The notes: generated by a model not told the origin, from the letters alone. A stretch of DNA of 64,000 nucleotides from Candidatus Nitrospinota bacterium M3_3B_026 (GCA_051418015.1 JBPRGF010000014.1:32001-96000); one strand, 5' to 3'. Shown: positions 22,384-32,608, numbered from the stretch's first letter. Made by a program: numbers and translations.

Positions 22384-23397
22384 CTATTCCGTGTAGCCGG
22401 CTTCGATGACCGCCTGGTCTGTCTCATACTCCACGCTCGACTTCAGCGCGTCGAACTTGCATATGTCGACGCACCGCAGGCAGCCCTTGCAGTGCTGGTA
22501 GTCTATCTTCTTTAGCGTCATGACCTCCCTGCCCTTCTTGTCTTTCCCCTTGTCCCAGATGAAACAGTAGTCCGGGCAGGTGATGTCGCACTCGCCGCAG
22601 GAGGTGCACTTCGAAAGGCTCAACACCGGCACATAGCCCGACCGGGAGACGGTCAGGTCTTTATATACAGAGTTGCCCGGCGTCAAGATGACGCCCCCCG
22701 TCGGCTGGTTCATGTACCCCAGCTTCTGCCCGTCGCGGCGGAAGGGCTGGGCGGGATACTTGCCGTCGTCGGCGAAGAACTTTTTCTCGAACTCCAACGC
22801 GCCCCGGTCGAACGTCTTCAGGTTCGGCTCGACGAGACTGGCGTATTTTTTGCCAAGGTTCTCCTCGATCCTCTTTTTCACCGCGTCAGGGTCGATGAAC
22901 CCCGAGGTGGCGGCGATAGTCCCGAGGAGGGCTGTGTTTATCCTGGTCTTCTCCTCCACGGCGATCTTCATCGCGTCGATGGTGACCACCGTGCCGCTCT
23001 GGAGCCTCATCTCGTCCCTGGCCTCGTCTGGGCTTTTGCGGGTGTTTATTATGACCGTCGTATCCGGCCCCGCGCCGGAGAGTATGCCGGGATAGCTCAG
23101 CATCGTCTCCAGGAATATTACCAGCATGTGCGGCTCCGTCACCGGCGCGTTGACGCGCACGTTGACGTCAGGATCGCAGAACCTCACGAAGGCTTTGACG
23201 GGGCTTCCCTTCTTCTCCGAGCCGTAGCTTGAGAAATTGGAGCCGTTGAAGCCCATCCCCAGAATGCCCGCCTCGCCGAGTATCTTCCCGGCGAGATTCG
23301 CTCCGAACCCCCCTACGGACTCCATCCTGATCTCGTAGAAGCCCAGGTCATTGACGATGGGAAGCTTTACGGTCATAAACTCTCCTCTCATCCTCAT
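22384..23397 (-). CDS. 2-oxoacid:ferredoxin oxidoreductase, fused gamma-delta (ferredoxin) subunits
   Basis: YGSEKKG gamma motif; CTSCGECDITCP and CKGCLRCVDIC, two [4Fe-4S] motifs. Confidence 0.9.
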   Translation of the reverse strand: MRMRGEFMTVKLPIVNDLGFYEIRMESVGGFGANLAGKILGEAGILGMGFNGSNFSSYGSEKKGSPVKAFVRFCDPDVNVRVNAPVTEPHMLVIFLETMLSYPGILSGAGPDTTVIINTRKSPDEARDEMRLQSGTVVTIDAMKIAVEEKTRINTALLGTIAATSGFIDPDAVKKRIEENLGKKYASLVEPNLKTFDRGALEFEKKFFADDGKYPAQPFRRDGQKLGYMNQPTGGVILTPGNSVYKDLTVSRSGYVPVLSLSKCTSCGECDITCPDYCFIWDKGKDKKGREVMTLKKIDYQHCKGCLRCVDICKFDALKSSVEYETDQAVIEAGYTE

Positions 23398-23475
23398 GAT
23401 TGGCCAGGCGGCCAGCCCGGCCTCCTCCCACGGCGCAAAACCACGGCGGCGCCTTGGTCCAAACCCGTGTTACAG

Positions 23476-23528
23476 CCTCGCGGGTCGTGAAAGCTCCCGA
23501 TTATATAAAAAACAACCTCGCGGGTCGA
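23476..23528 (-). promoter_or_regulatory. Promoter of the oxidoreductase operon flanked by a 12-bp direct repeat
   Basis: Minus-strand TCGACC-N17-TATAAT; CCTCGCGGGTCG at 23476-23487 and 23516-23527. Confidence 0.45.
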
Positions 23529-23621
23529 GCCTTTGTTTCTGCCGGACTCTTCCAAAGACGCCACGATACCATGTTAACAAATGAGAGACTCGCCGTGGGT
23601 GGATTTAAAAAAGCGCCGTTT

Positions 23622-24218
23622 CTACAGCCTGATCCTGCCGGACAGGGATTTCGACAAGGTGATCTCGTCGGCGTACTCGAGGTCTCCCCCCATCGGCAAC
23701 CCCCGGGCTATGCGGGTGACCATCACGTCTTTTGGTTTCAACGCCTTGGCGATATACATCGCCGTGGCCTCCCCCTCAACGCTCGGGTTAGTGGCAATTA
23801 TCACCTCCTTCACGCCGCCTTCGTCCACTCGCTCCATCAGTTCTTTTATCTTCAGCGCCTCCGGCCCGACCCCGTCCAGGGGAGAAAGGACGCCCATCAG
23901 AACGTGGTACACGCCCCGGTATTCCCCCACCCTCTCCACGGCGAAAACATCGTGGGGCTCCTCCACCACGCAGACGGTGGAATGGTCCCGTCCGGGATCG
24001 GAGCATATCCGGCAGGGGTCGCTTTCGGTGATGGACATGCACGCGGAACATATCCTGACCTTGTCCTTGACGTCCATCAGGGCCCGGGAGAGCTTTTCGG
24101 CCTGCTCCCTGGGCGACTTCAGGATGAAAAAGGCCAGCCGCTCCGCCGTCTTCGCCCCCACCCCGGGCAGCTTCTGGAGCTGTTCGATCAGCCTGGAAAG
24201 CGATTCCGGCCCCTTCAT
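23622..24218 (-). CDS. recR: Recombination mediator RecR
   Basis: [12 protein letters not shown], Cys4 zinc finger, [12 protein letters not shown] and LEYAD motifs. Confidence 0.97.
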   Translation of the reverse strand: MKGPESLSRLIEQLQKLPGVGAKTAERLAFFILKSPREQAEKLSRALMDVKDKVRICSACMSITESDPCRICSDPGRDHSTVCVVEEPHDVFAVERVGEYRGVYHVLMGVLSPLDGVGPEALKIKELMERVDEGGVKEVIIATNPSVEGEATAMYIAKALKPKDVMVTRIARGLPMGGDLEYADEITLSKSLSGRIRL

Positions 24219-24281
24219 GCCCTTCGTCTCAACAACTGTTTATCATCTCCATGAAAAAACCGCCGCCCGCGCCGGAGCGCG

Positions 24282-25937
24282 TCAGGCGTCCCTGGCCACC
24301 CTCATCTCCGCTATCTCGCCGTCGAAAAGCTCCATGGCGGCCTGCACTATCGGCGTCTCATGCATCTTCTGTTTCATGTCCGTCTCGCGTTCGAGGCGTT
24401 TTTTTTTCACCTCTTCGTCCTCCCGTCCGCCCTCGTCGGAGGCGACCATCACCACCACGCGGGCCCTGGCGCCAAGCTCCCGGGAGGCGATCTTTTCAAG
24501 CCTGCTTTTCACCTTCGTTTCCTCGAGGCTCTCCCGCTCAAAGAGGCTGTTCACGGTTATGATCACGGCGTCGTCGTTAGTTTTGACGGTGGCGGCGTCG
24601 AATATCCCGTTCAGCATCGGCTTGTTGATCTCCCGTTTGAACAGCTCCACCAGCTTGCCTCCCCCGCCCTCAACGGCGCGGCGGATCGAGGGCGGCGCTG
24701 GCGCGACGTCCGGCCCCGGAGGGTTGTTCTCCGCTGGCGGGGAGGGCGCGGCCTCGGGCTTCGGGGCGTCTTCGGCGCTTTCCATCGCCTTCTCCACCCG
24801 CGCCCCTGCCCCGGCCGCTTTCTCGAGCAGGGTGTCTATGCTCACCGCGCCGCGTTTTTCGGCGAGCCTCAAAAGCCCCATCTCCAGGTTCAGGGAGGGC
24901 TGGTGGGAACGGCGGGTCTGGTCCTGGGTCTCGACCAGGACGTTGAAAAACCTGTGTATCTCGTCATAGCCGAACTCGCCGGCCCACCTGGAGAGCCTGT
25001 CCCGCTCCTCGGCCTCCATCCCGGCGAGTGTCTCCGGATTTATCTTGGCCGCCATGATGTCGCGGACGGTTTCCATCAGGTCTTCGAGGAACAGGACGGG
25101 GTCCGCCCCGGAGAGGGTCACCTCCCCGGCCAGTTTCAATATCTCCGCCCGGTCCTGAGCCGTCGCGGCGTCCATGACGCCCGCGATGACCGTCCGCGGC
25201 GCCATCCCGAGGATCAGCTTCACGTCCTCCTCGGTCACGCTCCCGCCCCCGTAGGCCGCCGCCTGGTCGAAAAGCGACTGCGCGTCACGCATCGACCCTC
25301 GCGCCCGCCGCGCTATCACCTCGACCGCTGCCGGGGATGCGTCTATCTTCTCCTTTTCCGCGATCATGTCGAGCTGGGCCGTTATGTCGCGGGCGCTTAT
25401 GGTCTTGTACTCGTAGCTCTGGCAGCGCGACAGGATCGTGTCCGGCACCTTGGAAAGCTCCGTAGTGGCGAAGATGAAGACCACGTGGGGCGGCGGCTCC
25501 TCCAGCGTCTTCAGAAGCGCGTTGAAGGCTTCCTTCGTTATCTGGTGCACCTCGTCTATGATGTACACCTTGTACCGCGACTTGGCCGGGGCGAACCGGA
25601 CCTTCTCCCTCAGCTCGCGGATGTTGTCTATCCCCCGGTTCGACGCGCCGTCTATCTCGTAGACGTCCATGGACGACCCCGAGGCTATCTCCACGCAGTT
25701 GCGGCACTCCAGGCAGGGCGCCGCCGTCGGGCCTTTCTCGCAGTTGAGCGCCTTGGCCAGGATCCTGGCCATGCTTGTCTTGCCCACGCCACGGACGCCG
25801 GAAAAAAGATAGGCGTGGGCTATGCGTTTTTTGTCTATGGCGTTGGTGAGGGTCCTCACTATGTGAGGCTGGCCCACGACCTCGGAGAACGTCCGGGGCC
25901 GGAACTTCAGCGCCGATACGGTGTGTTTTTCCTCCAT
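24282..25937 (-). CDS. dnaX: DNA polymerase III gamma/tau
   Basis: KFRP, GVGKTS, EIDGASN, IIDEVH, NALLKTLEEPP and SRC motifs. Confidence 0.97.
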   Translation of the reverse strand: MEEKHTVSALKFRPRTFSEVVGQPHIVRTLTNAIDKKRIAHAYLFSGVRGVGKTSMARILAKALNCEKGPTAAPCLECRNCVEIASGSSMDVYEIDGASNRGIDNIRELREKVRFAPAKSRYKVYIIDEVHQITKEAFNALLKTLEEPPPHVVFIFATTELSKVPDTILSRCQSYEYKTISARDITAQLDMIAEKEKIDASPAAVEVIARRARGSMRDAQSLFDQAAAYGGGSVTEEDVKLILGMAPRTVIAGVMDAATAQDRAEILKLAGEVTLSGADPVLFLEDLMETVRDIMAAKINPETLAGMEAEERDRLSRWAGEFGYDEIHRFFNVLVETQDQTRRSHQPSLNLEMGLLRLAEKRGAVSIDTLLEKAAGAGARVEKAMESAEDAPKPEAAPSPPAENNPPGPDVAPAPPSIRRAVEGGGGKLVELFKREINKPMLNGIFDAATVKTNDDAVIITVNSLFERESLEETKVKSRLEKIASRELGARARVVVMVASDEGGREDEEVKKKRLERETDMKQKMHETPIVQAAMELFDGEIAEMRVARDA

Positions 25938-26005
25938 GGGGTATTACTTTAACACGAGTCCGGCGCCGGGCGGGGCGTCCGCGGGCATAAAAAAGAGACG
26001 GCCCC

Positions 26006-26108
26006 AGAGCGCCGGGCGCCTTACTGCGCATCGAAAGCTCCGCTACCGCTGCTCCCTTCCGGGCCTGACGGAGTTCACGGGTAACGATCGCGTAAGACCC
26101 GGCGCTCT
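26006..26108 (-). ncRNA. ffs: Signal recognition particle RNA (4.5S)
   Basis: Minus strand contains TCAGGCCCGGAAGGGAGCAGC (SRP domain IV) in a long hairpin; outer stem 25995-26119 followed by a T-run; usual position upstream of dnaX. Confidence 0.93.
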
Positions 26109-26257
26109 CGAGCCGTCTCGAGGGGTGCAATGCTACCACGGATCGCGCCGCCGTGAAAGCCCCCCGCCAGCGGCTCCACAAACCCCTTGCCGGCAGGTTG
26201 CGCCATCTTTTATACTTTAAAATTCTTTTCAACAACGAAAGTCAACCGGAGGCCGAC

Positions 26258-26338
26258 ATGGCAAGCACGACAAGGAAAAGGAAACAGCGCCGCCGCTGGA
26301 GAAGCAAGAAGGCAAGCCACTACAGGAAAGTGAGATAG
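26258..26338 (+). CDS. 26-aa basic peptide MASTTRKRKQRRRWRSKKASHYRKVR, resembling small ribosomal protein bL37
   Basis: GGAGG RBS; promoter TTGCCG-N18-TATACT at 26187-26216; 3 bp from the gatC start. Confidence 0.65.
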   Translation: MASTTRKRKQRRRWRSKKASHYRKVR

Positions 26339-26341
26339 CCC

Positions 26342-26632
26342 GTGGCCATCTCCATGGACGAGACGCGCCGCGTGGCCGAGCTCGCCCGCCTTGAGCTTTC
26401 CGAAAAGGATGAGGAGCTTTTCGCGGAGCAGCTTTCCGCCGTGCTCGACTATATCGGCCAGCTCAACGAGCTGGACACGGAGGATGTGGAGCCGCTGTCG
26501 AGCGCGCTGGACATCAGGAACGTGGTCCGGGAGGACCGGGCCGAAAAAAAGTTCGACCCCGGCGCGTGGAGCTCGAACGCCCCCGCCAGCGACCAGGGCC
26601 ATTTCCGCGTGCCAAGGATAATAGAGGGCTGA
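26342..26632 (+). CDS. gatC: Asp/Glu-tRNA amidotransferase subunit C
   Basis: [21 protein letters not shown] and NAP...FRVPRI motifs. Confidence 0.95.
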   Translation: MAISMDETRRVAELARLELSEKDEELFAEQLSAVLDYIGQLNELDTEDVEPLSSALDIRNVVREDRAEKKFDPGAWSSNAPASDQGHFRVPRIIEG

Positions 26633-26640
26633 CACACCCC

Positions 26641-28101
26641 ATGACGGACATCTTCCGCCTCACCCTGCGCGAGCTTGGGGAGAGGCTCGCCGCCGGAGCC
26701 GTCACGAGCGAAGAGGCCGCGGGGGCGTATCTTGACAGGATCAGGCGCGTCGACCCGGAGCTGAACTCCTACATCACCGTTGACGAGGATAGCGCCATGG
26801 AGGCCGCCCGGGAGGCCGACAAACGCCGGGCCGGAGGCGAAGAAGGGCCGCTGCTCGGCGTACCCATGGCGGTCAAGGACCTCATAAACACGAAGGGCCT
26901 GCGGACAACCTGCGGCTCGAAGATGCTGGAGAGCTTTGTCCCCCCCTTCGACGCCCATGTCGTAAAAAAGCTGAAAGAAGCAGGGGCGGTGATCCTCGGC
27001 AAGACGAACATGGACGAGTTCGCCATGGGGTCGTCGAACGAGACCAGCTTTTTCGGGCCGGTGAAAAACCCCTGGGACATCTCCAGGATCCCGGGCGGCT
27101 CCTCCGGCGGGTCCGCGGCGGCGGTGGCGGCGGATCTTTGCGCGGCGGCGCTGGGGTCGGACACGGGCGGATCCGTGCGCCAGCCGGCGTCGCTTTGCGG
27201 GATCGTGGGGCTGAAGCCGACCTACGGGCGTGTCTCCCGGTTCGGTCTCGTCGCCTTCGCGTCGTCGCTGGACCAGATCGGGCCGATGACGAAGGATGTC
27301 GCCGACTGCGCCCTCATGCTCGGCGCCATCGCCGGAGACGATCCGCTGGACTCCACCTGCTCCCCTGAGCCGGTTCCGGACTACACCGCCGATCTTGACA
27401 AAGGCGTGGAGGGGATGACTATCGGCGTTCCGGAAGAGTATTTCGTCGAGGGGATGGACGAGGATGTGGAGAAGACCGTCCGGGCCGCCCTGGAGGCCCT
27501 GAAAGAGGCCGGGGCGGCTGTGAAGCCTATATCACTCCCCCACACGAAGTACGGCGTTCCGGCCTATTACGTCATCGCTCCCGCCGAAGCGTCATCGAAC
27601 CTGGCCCGGTACGACGGAGTGAAATACGGATTCCGCGCCCAGGGGGCGAAGAGCCTGATGGAGATGTACAGCCGCACTCGCGAGGAAGGGTTCGGCGCGG
27701 AGGTGAAACGCCGGATCATGTTGGGGACCTACGCGCTCTCTTCGGGCTATTACGACGCGTACTACCTGAAGGCCCAGAAGGTCCGCGCGCTCGTCAGGAA
27801 GGACTTCGCCGAGGCTTTCGGCGATGTCTCGGCCATAGTGGCCCCCACGTCCCCCTCGGCGGCCTTCGGGATAGGCGAGAGGACCGGCGACCCGCTGAAG
27901 ATGTACCTTTCGGATATATTCACCATCAACGCCAACCTCGCCGGGATACCGGGCCTTTCCGTTCCCTGCGGCCATACGCCGGAAGGGCTGCCCGTGGGCT
28001 TGCAGATACTCGGCAAATGGTTCGACGAGGCGTCCCTGTTCCGCGTCGCCAGCGTTGTGGAAGAAAAGACCGGCGCGGGGGCAAAGAAACCGGCGCTTTA
28101 A
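26641..28101 (+). CDS. gatA: Asp/Glu-tRNA amidotransferase subunit A
   Basis: [32 protein letters not shown] and EVKRRIMLG motifs. Confidence 0.97.
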   Translation: MTDIFRLTLRELGERLAAGAVTSEEAAGAYLDRIRRVDPELNSYITVDEDSAMEAAREADKRRAGGEEGPLLGVPMAVKDLINTKGLRTTCGSKMLESFVPPFDAHVVKKLKEAGAVILGKTNMDEFAMGSSNETSFFGPVKNPWDISRIPGGSSGGSAAAVAADLCAAALGSDTGGSVRQPASLCGIVGLKPTYGRVSRFGLVAFASSLDQIGPMTKDVADCALMLGAIAGDDPLDSTCSPEPVPDYTADLDKGVEGMTIGVPEEYFVEGMDEDVEKTVRAALEALKEAGAAVKPISLPHTKYGVPAYYVIAPAEASSNLARYDGVKYGFRAQGAKSLMEMYSRTREEGFGAEVKRRIMLGTYALSSGYYDAYYLKAQKVRALVRKDFAEAFGDVSAIVAPTSPSAAFGIGERTGDPLKMYLSDIFTINANLAGIPGLSVPCGHTPEGLPVGLQILGKWFDEASLFRVASVVEEKTGAGAKKPAL

Positions 28102-29160
28102 TTAAGGCTCCCGCCCTTCCCCGGCCAGGTATATCGTCTGCGTGGGGTAGGCGAACTCGACGCCGAGTTTTTCGAACTCGTCCTTGATGGCGAGGTTTAT
28201 GTTCTGCTGGATGTCCATGTACTTGTTGTAGTCCGCGCCGATCACGTAGTAGACGATCTCGAACACGAGGGCGAAGTCGCCGTAAGAGAAAAAGTGCGCC
28301 CTGTCGAAGACGGTGTCCTCGAGCCCTTCGATGATCTGTCTTATGACCCCCGGTATCCTGGCAAGCTTCTCCGAGGGTGTCTGGTACGTGACGCCGATCC
28401 TGAAGGCGACCCTTCTTCGCTCCATCTTTTTATAGTTATGCACGCGGGAGTTGGCCAGGTCCGTGTTGGCGAAAATGATCTCCTCGCCGGAGAGGCTCTT
28501 TATCCTGGTGGCCTTGAGGCCGATGTACTCCACCACGCCCATCTTGTCGCCGATGATGACAAAATCGCCCTTGCGGAAAGGTTTGTCGAAGAGGATCACG
28601 AAATAGTTGAAAAGGTCGCCCAGGATCGCCTGCGACGCAAGCGCCAGGGCCACTCCGCCGATTCCCAGCCCGGCTATCAGCGTGGTGATGTCGAACCCGA
28701 GATTGTCCAGCAGGAAGATAACGGCGACCGCCCATATGGAGAGCTTCAGGAGCGTCGAGACGCCCTTGGGGATGACCTTGACCGTCCGGGCTCCTTCCTC
28801 GCTGAGCCCCTCGCCCTCGAAGACGTTGTCGACAAGCGCCACTGCCACCCTGGCGGCGAAGAAGCAGAGGATCACAAGGCCCGCCACGTCGATGAGCCTT
28901 TCCACCCTGGGGTTGAGGTACATGGAGCCCGCCGCCGCGTAAAAAACGGCGAAGTAGAGAACAGGCATGGCGCCTTTCTCCACGGCGCTTATCATGAAAC
29001 CGCGCAGGCGGGATTCCGCGCTCTCCAGGTAGGTTTTCACTTTGCTGTCGAACACGCCCTGGAGGGCCCTGATGGCCGCCGCGCCCGCGCCGAGAATCAC
29101 GAGGGCCAGCAGGTAGTCTTCCCAGCCGTTGTTTGTCAGCGTGTCGATGATGGCGTCCAT
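28102..29160 (-). CDS. MscS-family mechanosensitive channel
   Basis: AGLGIGGVALALASQ, DKPF and FAYPTQT motifs. Confidence 0.92.
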   Translation of the reverse strand: MDAIIDTLTNNGWEDYLLALVILGAGAAAIRALQGVFDSKVKTYLESAESRLRGFMISAVEKGAMPVLYFAVFYAAAGSMYLNPRVERLIDVAGLVILCFFAARVAVALVDNVFEGEGLSEEGARTVKVIPKGVSTLLKLSIWAVAVIFLLDNLGFDITTLIAGLGIGGVALALASQAILGDLFNYFVILFDKPFRKGDFVIIGDKMGVVEYIGLKATRIKSLSGEEIIFANTDLANSRVHNYKKMERRRVAFRIGVTYQTPSEKLARIPGVIRQIIEGLEDTVFDRAHFFSYGDFALVFEIVYYVIGADYNKYMDIQQNINLAIKDEFEKLGVEFAYPTQTIYLAGEGREP

Positions 29161-29256
29161 GTCCCGCCCTCCTATCCGGCAGTATCCAAGACTGGCCTAT
29201 TCTAAGTCCCGCCGCGGCGTCTGTTCAAGAACGTCCAGCGCTCCGGGGTGTTTTTC

Positions 29257-30282
29257 TCAGCTTATGACCACCTTTTTCAGCGTGTCCCACTCCTCCAGGG
29301 TCCTGCCCACGCCGCGGACGATGGAGGTGAGGGGGTCTTTCGCCCTGTAGACGGGAATGTTCAACTCCTTTTTCAACCTTGCGCCGAGGCCCTTGAGCAG
29401 CGCCCCGCCGCCCGCCAGGACCATCCCGCGGGTGGATATGTCATGGGCGAACTCCGGCGTCGTCCGCTCAAGCGCCTTGCGCGCCGCGTCCACGATGGCG
29501 TGGACGGGCTCCTCCATCGCCCTCCGGACGTCCTCGTCGGACAGGACGACGGACACTGGCAGTCCGCTGGCCACGTTGCGCCCGTAGACTTTCATCCGGA
29601 TTCTTTTTTTCAGCGGGGCCGCGGAGCCGATGGTCATTTTCACCCTCTCCGCCTCGTAGACGCCTATCTCCAGGTTGTGGCTCTTCCGGACGCTCCTGAC
29701 CAGCGCCTCGTCCATCTCGTCGCCCGCCACGCGGATCGACTCCGTGTAGGCCGTGGCGTACATGGAGATTATGGCCACCTCCGTCGTCCCGCCGCCGATG
29801 TCCACTATGAGGTTGCCCACGGACTCCCCCACCGGCATCCTCGTACCGATGGCCGCCGCCATAGGCTCCTCGACGAGGCTTACCTCCCTCGCCCCGGCGC
29901 CCATGGCGGAGTCTATCACCGCGCGTTTTTCCACCTGGGTGATCCCGGAGGGGACGCCTATCACGATCTTCGGCCTGCGGGGCGTCCAGCGGGGCCTGGC
30001 GGATTTTATGAAGTAGGCGATCATGCTTTTCGTGGAGTCGAAATCGGCTATCACGCCGTCCTTCATGGGGCGGATCGCCTCGAACCTGTCCGGGGTCTTG
30101 CCGTACATGGCCTTTGCCTCCGCCCCGATGGCCACGAGTTTTCCGGTTTCCTTGGAGAGCGTCACCACCGAGGGTTCGTCGATGACCACGCCGCGTCCCG
30201 GGACGTAGACCAGGGTGTTGGCGGTCCCCAGGTCGATGGCGAGGTCCGCCGAAAAAAGGTTGAACAAGCCTCGGAGCGCCAT
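29257..30282 (-). CDS. mreB: Actin-like MreB paralog (no adjacent mreCD)
   Basis: DLGTANT, EEPMAAAIG, DIGGGTTE and GGGALL motifs; N-terminal amphipathic helix. Confidence 0.9.
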   Translation of the reverse strand: MALRGLFNLFSADLAIDLGTANTLVYVPGRGVVIDEPSVVTLSKETGKLVAIGAEAKAMYGKTPDRFEAIRPMKDGVIADFDSTKSMIAYFIKSARPRWTPRRPKIVIGVPSGITQVEKRAVIDSAMGAGAREVSLVEEPMAAAIGTRMPVGESVGNLIVDIGGGTTEVAIISMYATAYTESIRVAGDEMDEALVRSVRKSHNLEIGVYEAERVKMTIGSAAPLKKRIRMKVYGRNVASGLPVSVVLSDEDVRRAMEEPVHAIVDAARKALERTTPEFAHDISTRGMVLAGGGALLKGLGARLKKELNIPVYRAKDPLTSIVRGVGRTLEEWDTLKKVVIS

Positions 30283-30288
30283 CCCGTG

Positions 30289-31752
30289 TTACCGGTCTCC
30301 CGGCGCGCCCAGGGCGCCGCCCCAGGACGCCTCCTGCTCGCTGTAGAACGACACCCTGGAGCCGGAGGCGCTCTTGGCCTTTTCGGAGGCGACCTGGGCT
30401 TTCGCTATGAGTTCCTCCACCCTGTTCCCGTCGGCCGGATACAGGGCCACTCCTATTGAGGGTGAGGCGTAGATATCTACCCCGTCCAGGTGGTACGGAA
30501 GCGACTCCACGGAGTCCACCACCGCCTGGGCCATCGCCATCGCCTGCCCGCCTTCGAGGCCGCGCAGCAGGAGGATGAACCTGTCGCCGTAGTAGCGGCA
30601 TACGATCCCCCTCTCCGCCACCACCTCGGAGAGCCTGCGGGCGGTTTCTATCGTCACGCGGTCGCCCGCGTCCATGCCCAGCTCGTGGTTGATCCGCGTG
30701 AAGCCTATCAGGTTGACGATCGCCACGGCGCCCTTCCCTTCGAGCGTCTGGTGGGTCTCCACCAGGTAGCGGCTCGTGGCGGCGCTGGTCAGCGGGTCGG
30801 TGAAAACGGCCCGCATGTTCCTGTTGTGCAGGTACAGGCTCGTGAACGCGGAGGCGAGCGTCGAGGCCAGGACGGAGAGTGACTTCACGCTCACGTGGCT
30901 GAAGGCGGCCTGTTTTCTCGACACAAGCCCGATGGCGCCGGAGACGTGGTCACCCATGGCCATCGGCGCCCCGATGAAGGACCTCCATTGCTCGTCCGCG
31001 CCGGGCGCGACCTTCGCCCCCTTGAGGTCCGGCACATATATGGTCCTGGCCTGCTGGATCACCCAGCCCAGCCTGTAAGGGGCGCCCGGCAGCTCGGTCC
31101 CGGGCGTTTGCCCGGCGCCGCTTCTCACCATGTAATATTTTCCGTCGTCGCTCATTCTCACGGCCATGACCATCTTGTCATGCGGAATGAGGGAAGGCAG
31201 GGCCAGCCTGAGCGCGTCCGTTATCTCGGAGAACCGCGAGCAGGCGGTTATCCTGCCCACCAGCCCGGACAGGGCGTCGAAAGCCGAGGCCCGGGCATCC
31301 AGGGATATCCTTTTCCTTCCCTCTGTCACGGCCCGGGAAATGACGCCCGCGAATTCCTCCAGTATCTTCAGCGCCTTGTCGGTGAAGACGTAGCTTTTCT
31401 TGCTGTCCACCGCCAAAACCCCCATGACCCTGCCCCCGCCGTCGAAAAGGGGGGCCGCCGCGAAAGACTTTATGTCCTCGTCCTTCGAATAATACTGGAG
31501 CGTGGTGGTGTCCCTGTCGAAGTTCGTGGCGTGGGCGCTCCGTTCGTTCTTGGCCGCCCATCCCACAAGCCCGCGCCCCAGGGGGATCCTGGCTCCGGTT
31601 ACGATGTTGCCGGAAAGCGACTGGCAGGCCCGCAGCGTCAACGTGTCCTCGGACCCTTCGTCCAGCAGGAACAGGGCGGCGGTGAAGGCGTCGGTGACAT
31701 TGCCGGCCAGCCGCACGAGTCTTTGGATATCGTTTTCAAGCGACTGGGGCAT
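30289..31752 (-). CDS. GAF-GAF-GGDEF-like protein with a degenerate active site
   Basis: GRGLVGW...IKSFAAAPL GAF domain; DPLT; RYYGDRF in place of RxGGDEF; SIGVALYP. Confidence 0.85.
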   Translation of the reverse strand: MPQSLENDIQRLVRLAGNVTDAFTAALFLLDEGSEDTLTLRACQSLSGNIVTGARIPLGRGLVGWAAKNERSAHATNFDRDTTTLQYYSKDEDIKSFAAAPLFDGGGRVMGVLAVDSKKSYVFTDKALKILEEFAGVISRAVTEGRKRISLDARASAFDALSGLVGRITACSRFSEITDALRLALPSLIPHDKMVMAVRMSDDGKYYMVRSGAGQTPGTELPGAPYRLGWVIQQARTIYVPDLKGAKVAPGADEQWRSFIGAPMAMGDHVSGAIGLVSRKQAAFSHVSVKSLSVLASTLASAFTSLYLHNRNMRAVFTDPLTSAATSRYLVETHQTLEGKGAVAIVNLIGFTRINHELGMDAGDRVTIETARRLSEVVAERGIVCRYYGDRFILLLRGLEGGQAMAMAQAVVDSVESLPYHLDGVDIYASPSIGVALYPADGNRVEELIAKAQVASEKAKSASGSRVSFYSEQEASWGGALGAPGDR

Positions 31753-31969
31753 ATGATAGCGCAGGCAACTTTTTCCTGATGGTTGTTTCGCTCAAACTCA
31801 CAATTGAGGGTTAGTATAAACCCACTCCCTCCCGGAAAAAAGGGAAAGCTTGAATCCCGCGCGGCCCCCTCGGCCCCCGCGCGGCCCCCAGGGCCGTCTC
31901 CGGTTGACCATCGGCGCGCGTGGGAATAGAATTATGGCATACCACGCCAGGCCTCTGGAGGATCGCGAT

Positions 31970-32608
31970 ATGCATGTGGGACAGGTGATGAGCCGGAAGG
32001 TCGTCACCGCATCGCCCGAGACGAAGGTCGAGAAGGCTTTCGGCGTCATAGTCAGCAAACGTATCGGGCATCTGCCGGTTCTCAGGAGGGGAAGGCTCGC
32101 CGGGATAGTCTCGGACCGCGATTTCCGCATGGCCATGAATCCCGCCAGATCACCCAAATCCGGCCGCGCCGGGGTCAAAAACCTCGCCGTGAAAGACATC
32201 ATGACAAAGGACGTCATCACCACCGAGCCGGGGATGGCCGTCTCCGACGCGGTGAAGCTTATGCTCCGGGCGAAGATCGGGGCGTTGCCCGTGATGACCG
32301 GCGACAGGCTCAGCGGGATAGTGACCAAGGACGACCTGCTCGGCGTTTTCGTGGAGATGCTGAGGTGGATACAGGCATCCTCCACCATAGACGTGGAGCT
32401 GGTGGACGAAATCGACGACCTGCAGGCGCTCTTTTCCACCCTGCGCGAGAGGAAGGCGCGCGTTCTGAGCTATTCCGCCACCCCCGGAGGGGCCAGCCGG
32501 GGACAGATATGCCACATCAGGATGACCCCCTGCGCCGTCAAGCCCATTGTCGGCGACCTCGCCAGGCGAGGGGTGACCGTGCTGGACGCCTATGGGGAGG
32601 ACACCTGA
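31970..32608 (+). CDS. CBS-pair plus ACT-like domain protein (AcuB-like)
   Basis: HLPV..GIVSDRD and GALPV..GIVTKDD CBS motifs; GGAGG RBS. Confidence 0.85.
   Translation: MHVGQVMSRKVVTASPETKVEKAFGVIVSKRIGHLPVLRRGRLAGIVSDRDFRMAMNPARSPKSGRAGVKNLAVKDIMTKDVITTEPGMAVSDAVKLMLRAKIGALPVMTGDRLSGIVTKDDLLGVFVEMLRWIQASSTIDVELVDEIDDLQALFSTLRERKARVLSYSATPGGASRGQICHIRMTPCAVKPIVGDLARRGVTVLDAYGEDT

Noticed and set aside
20173..22515. Long antisense or alternative-frame ORFs (also 3172-4674, 6695-8566, 10124-11980, 24360-25952, 33889-35103, 41889-43862, 55059-56411)
   Set aside because: They shadow well-supported genes on the opposite strand, are expected at this GC content and codon bias, and show no recognisable motifs
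29257..30282. Magnetosome actin MamK
   Set aside because: Motifs are MreB-like and no mam or mms genes are nearby
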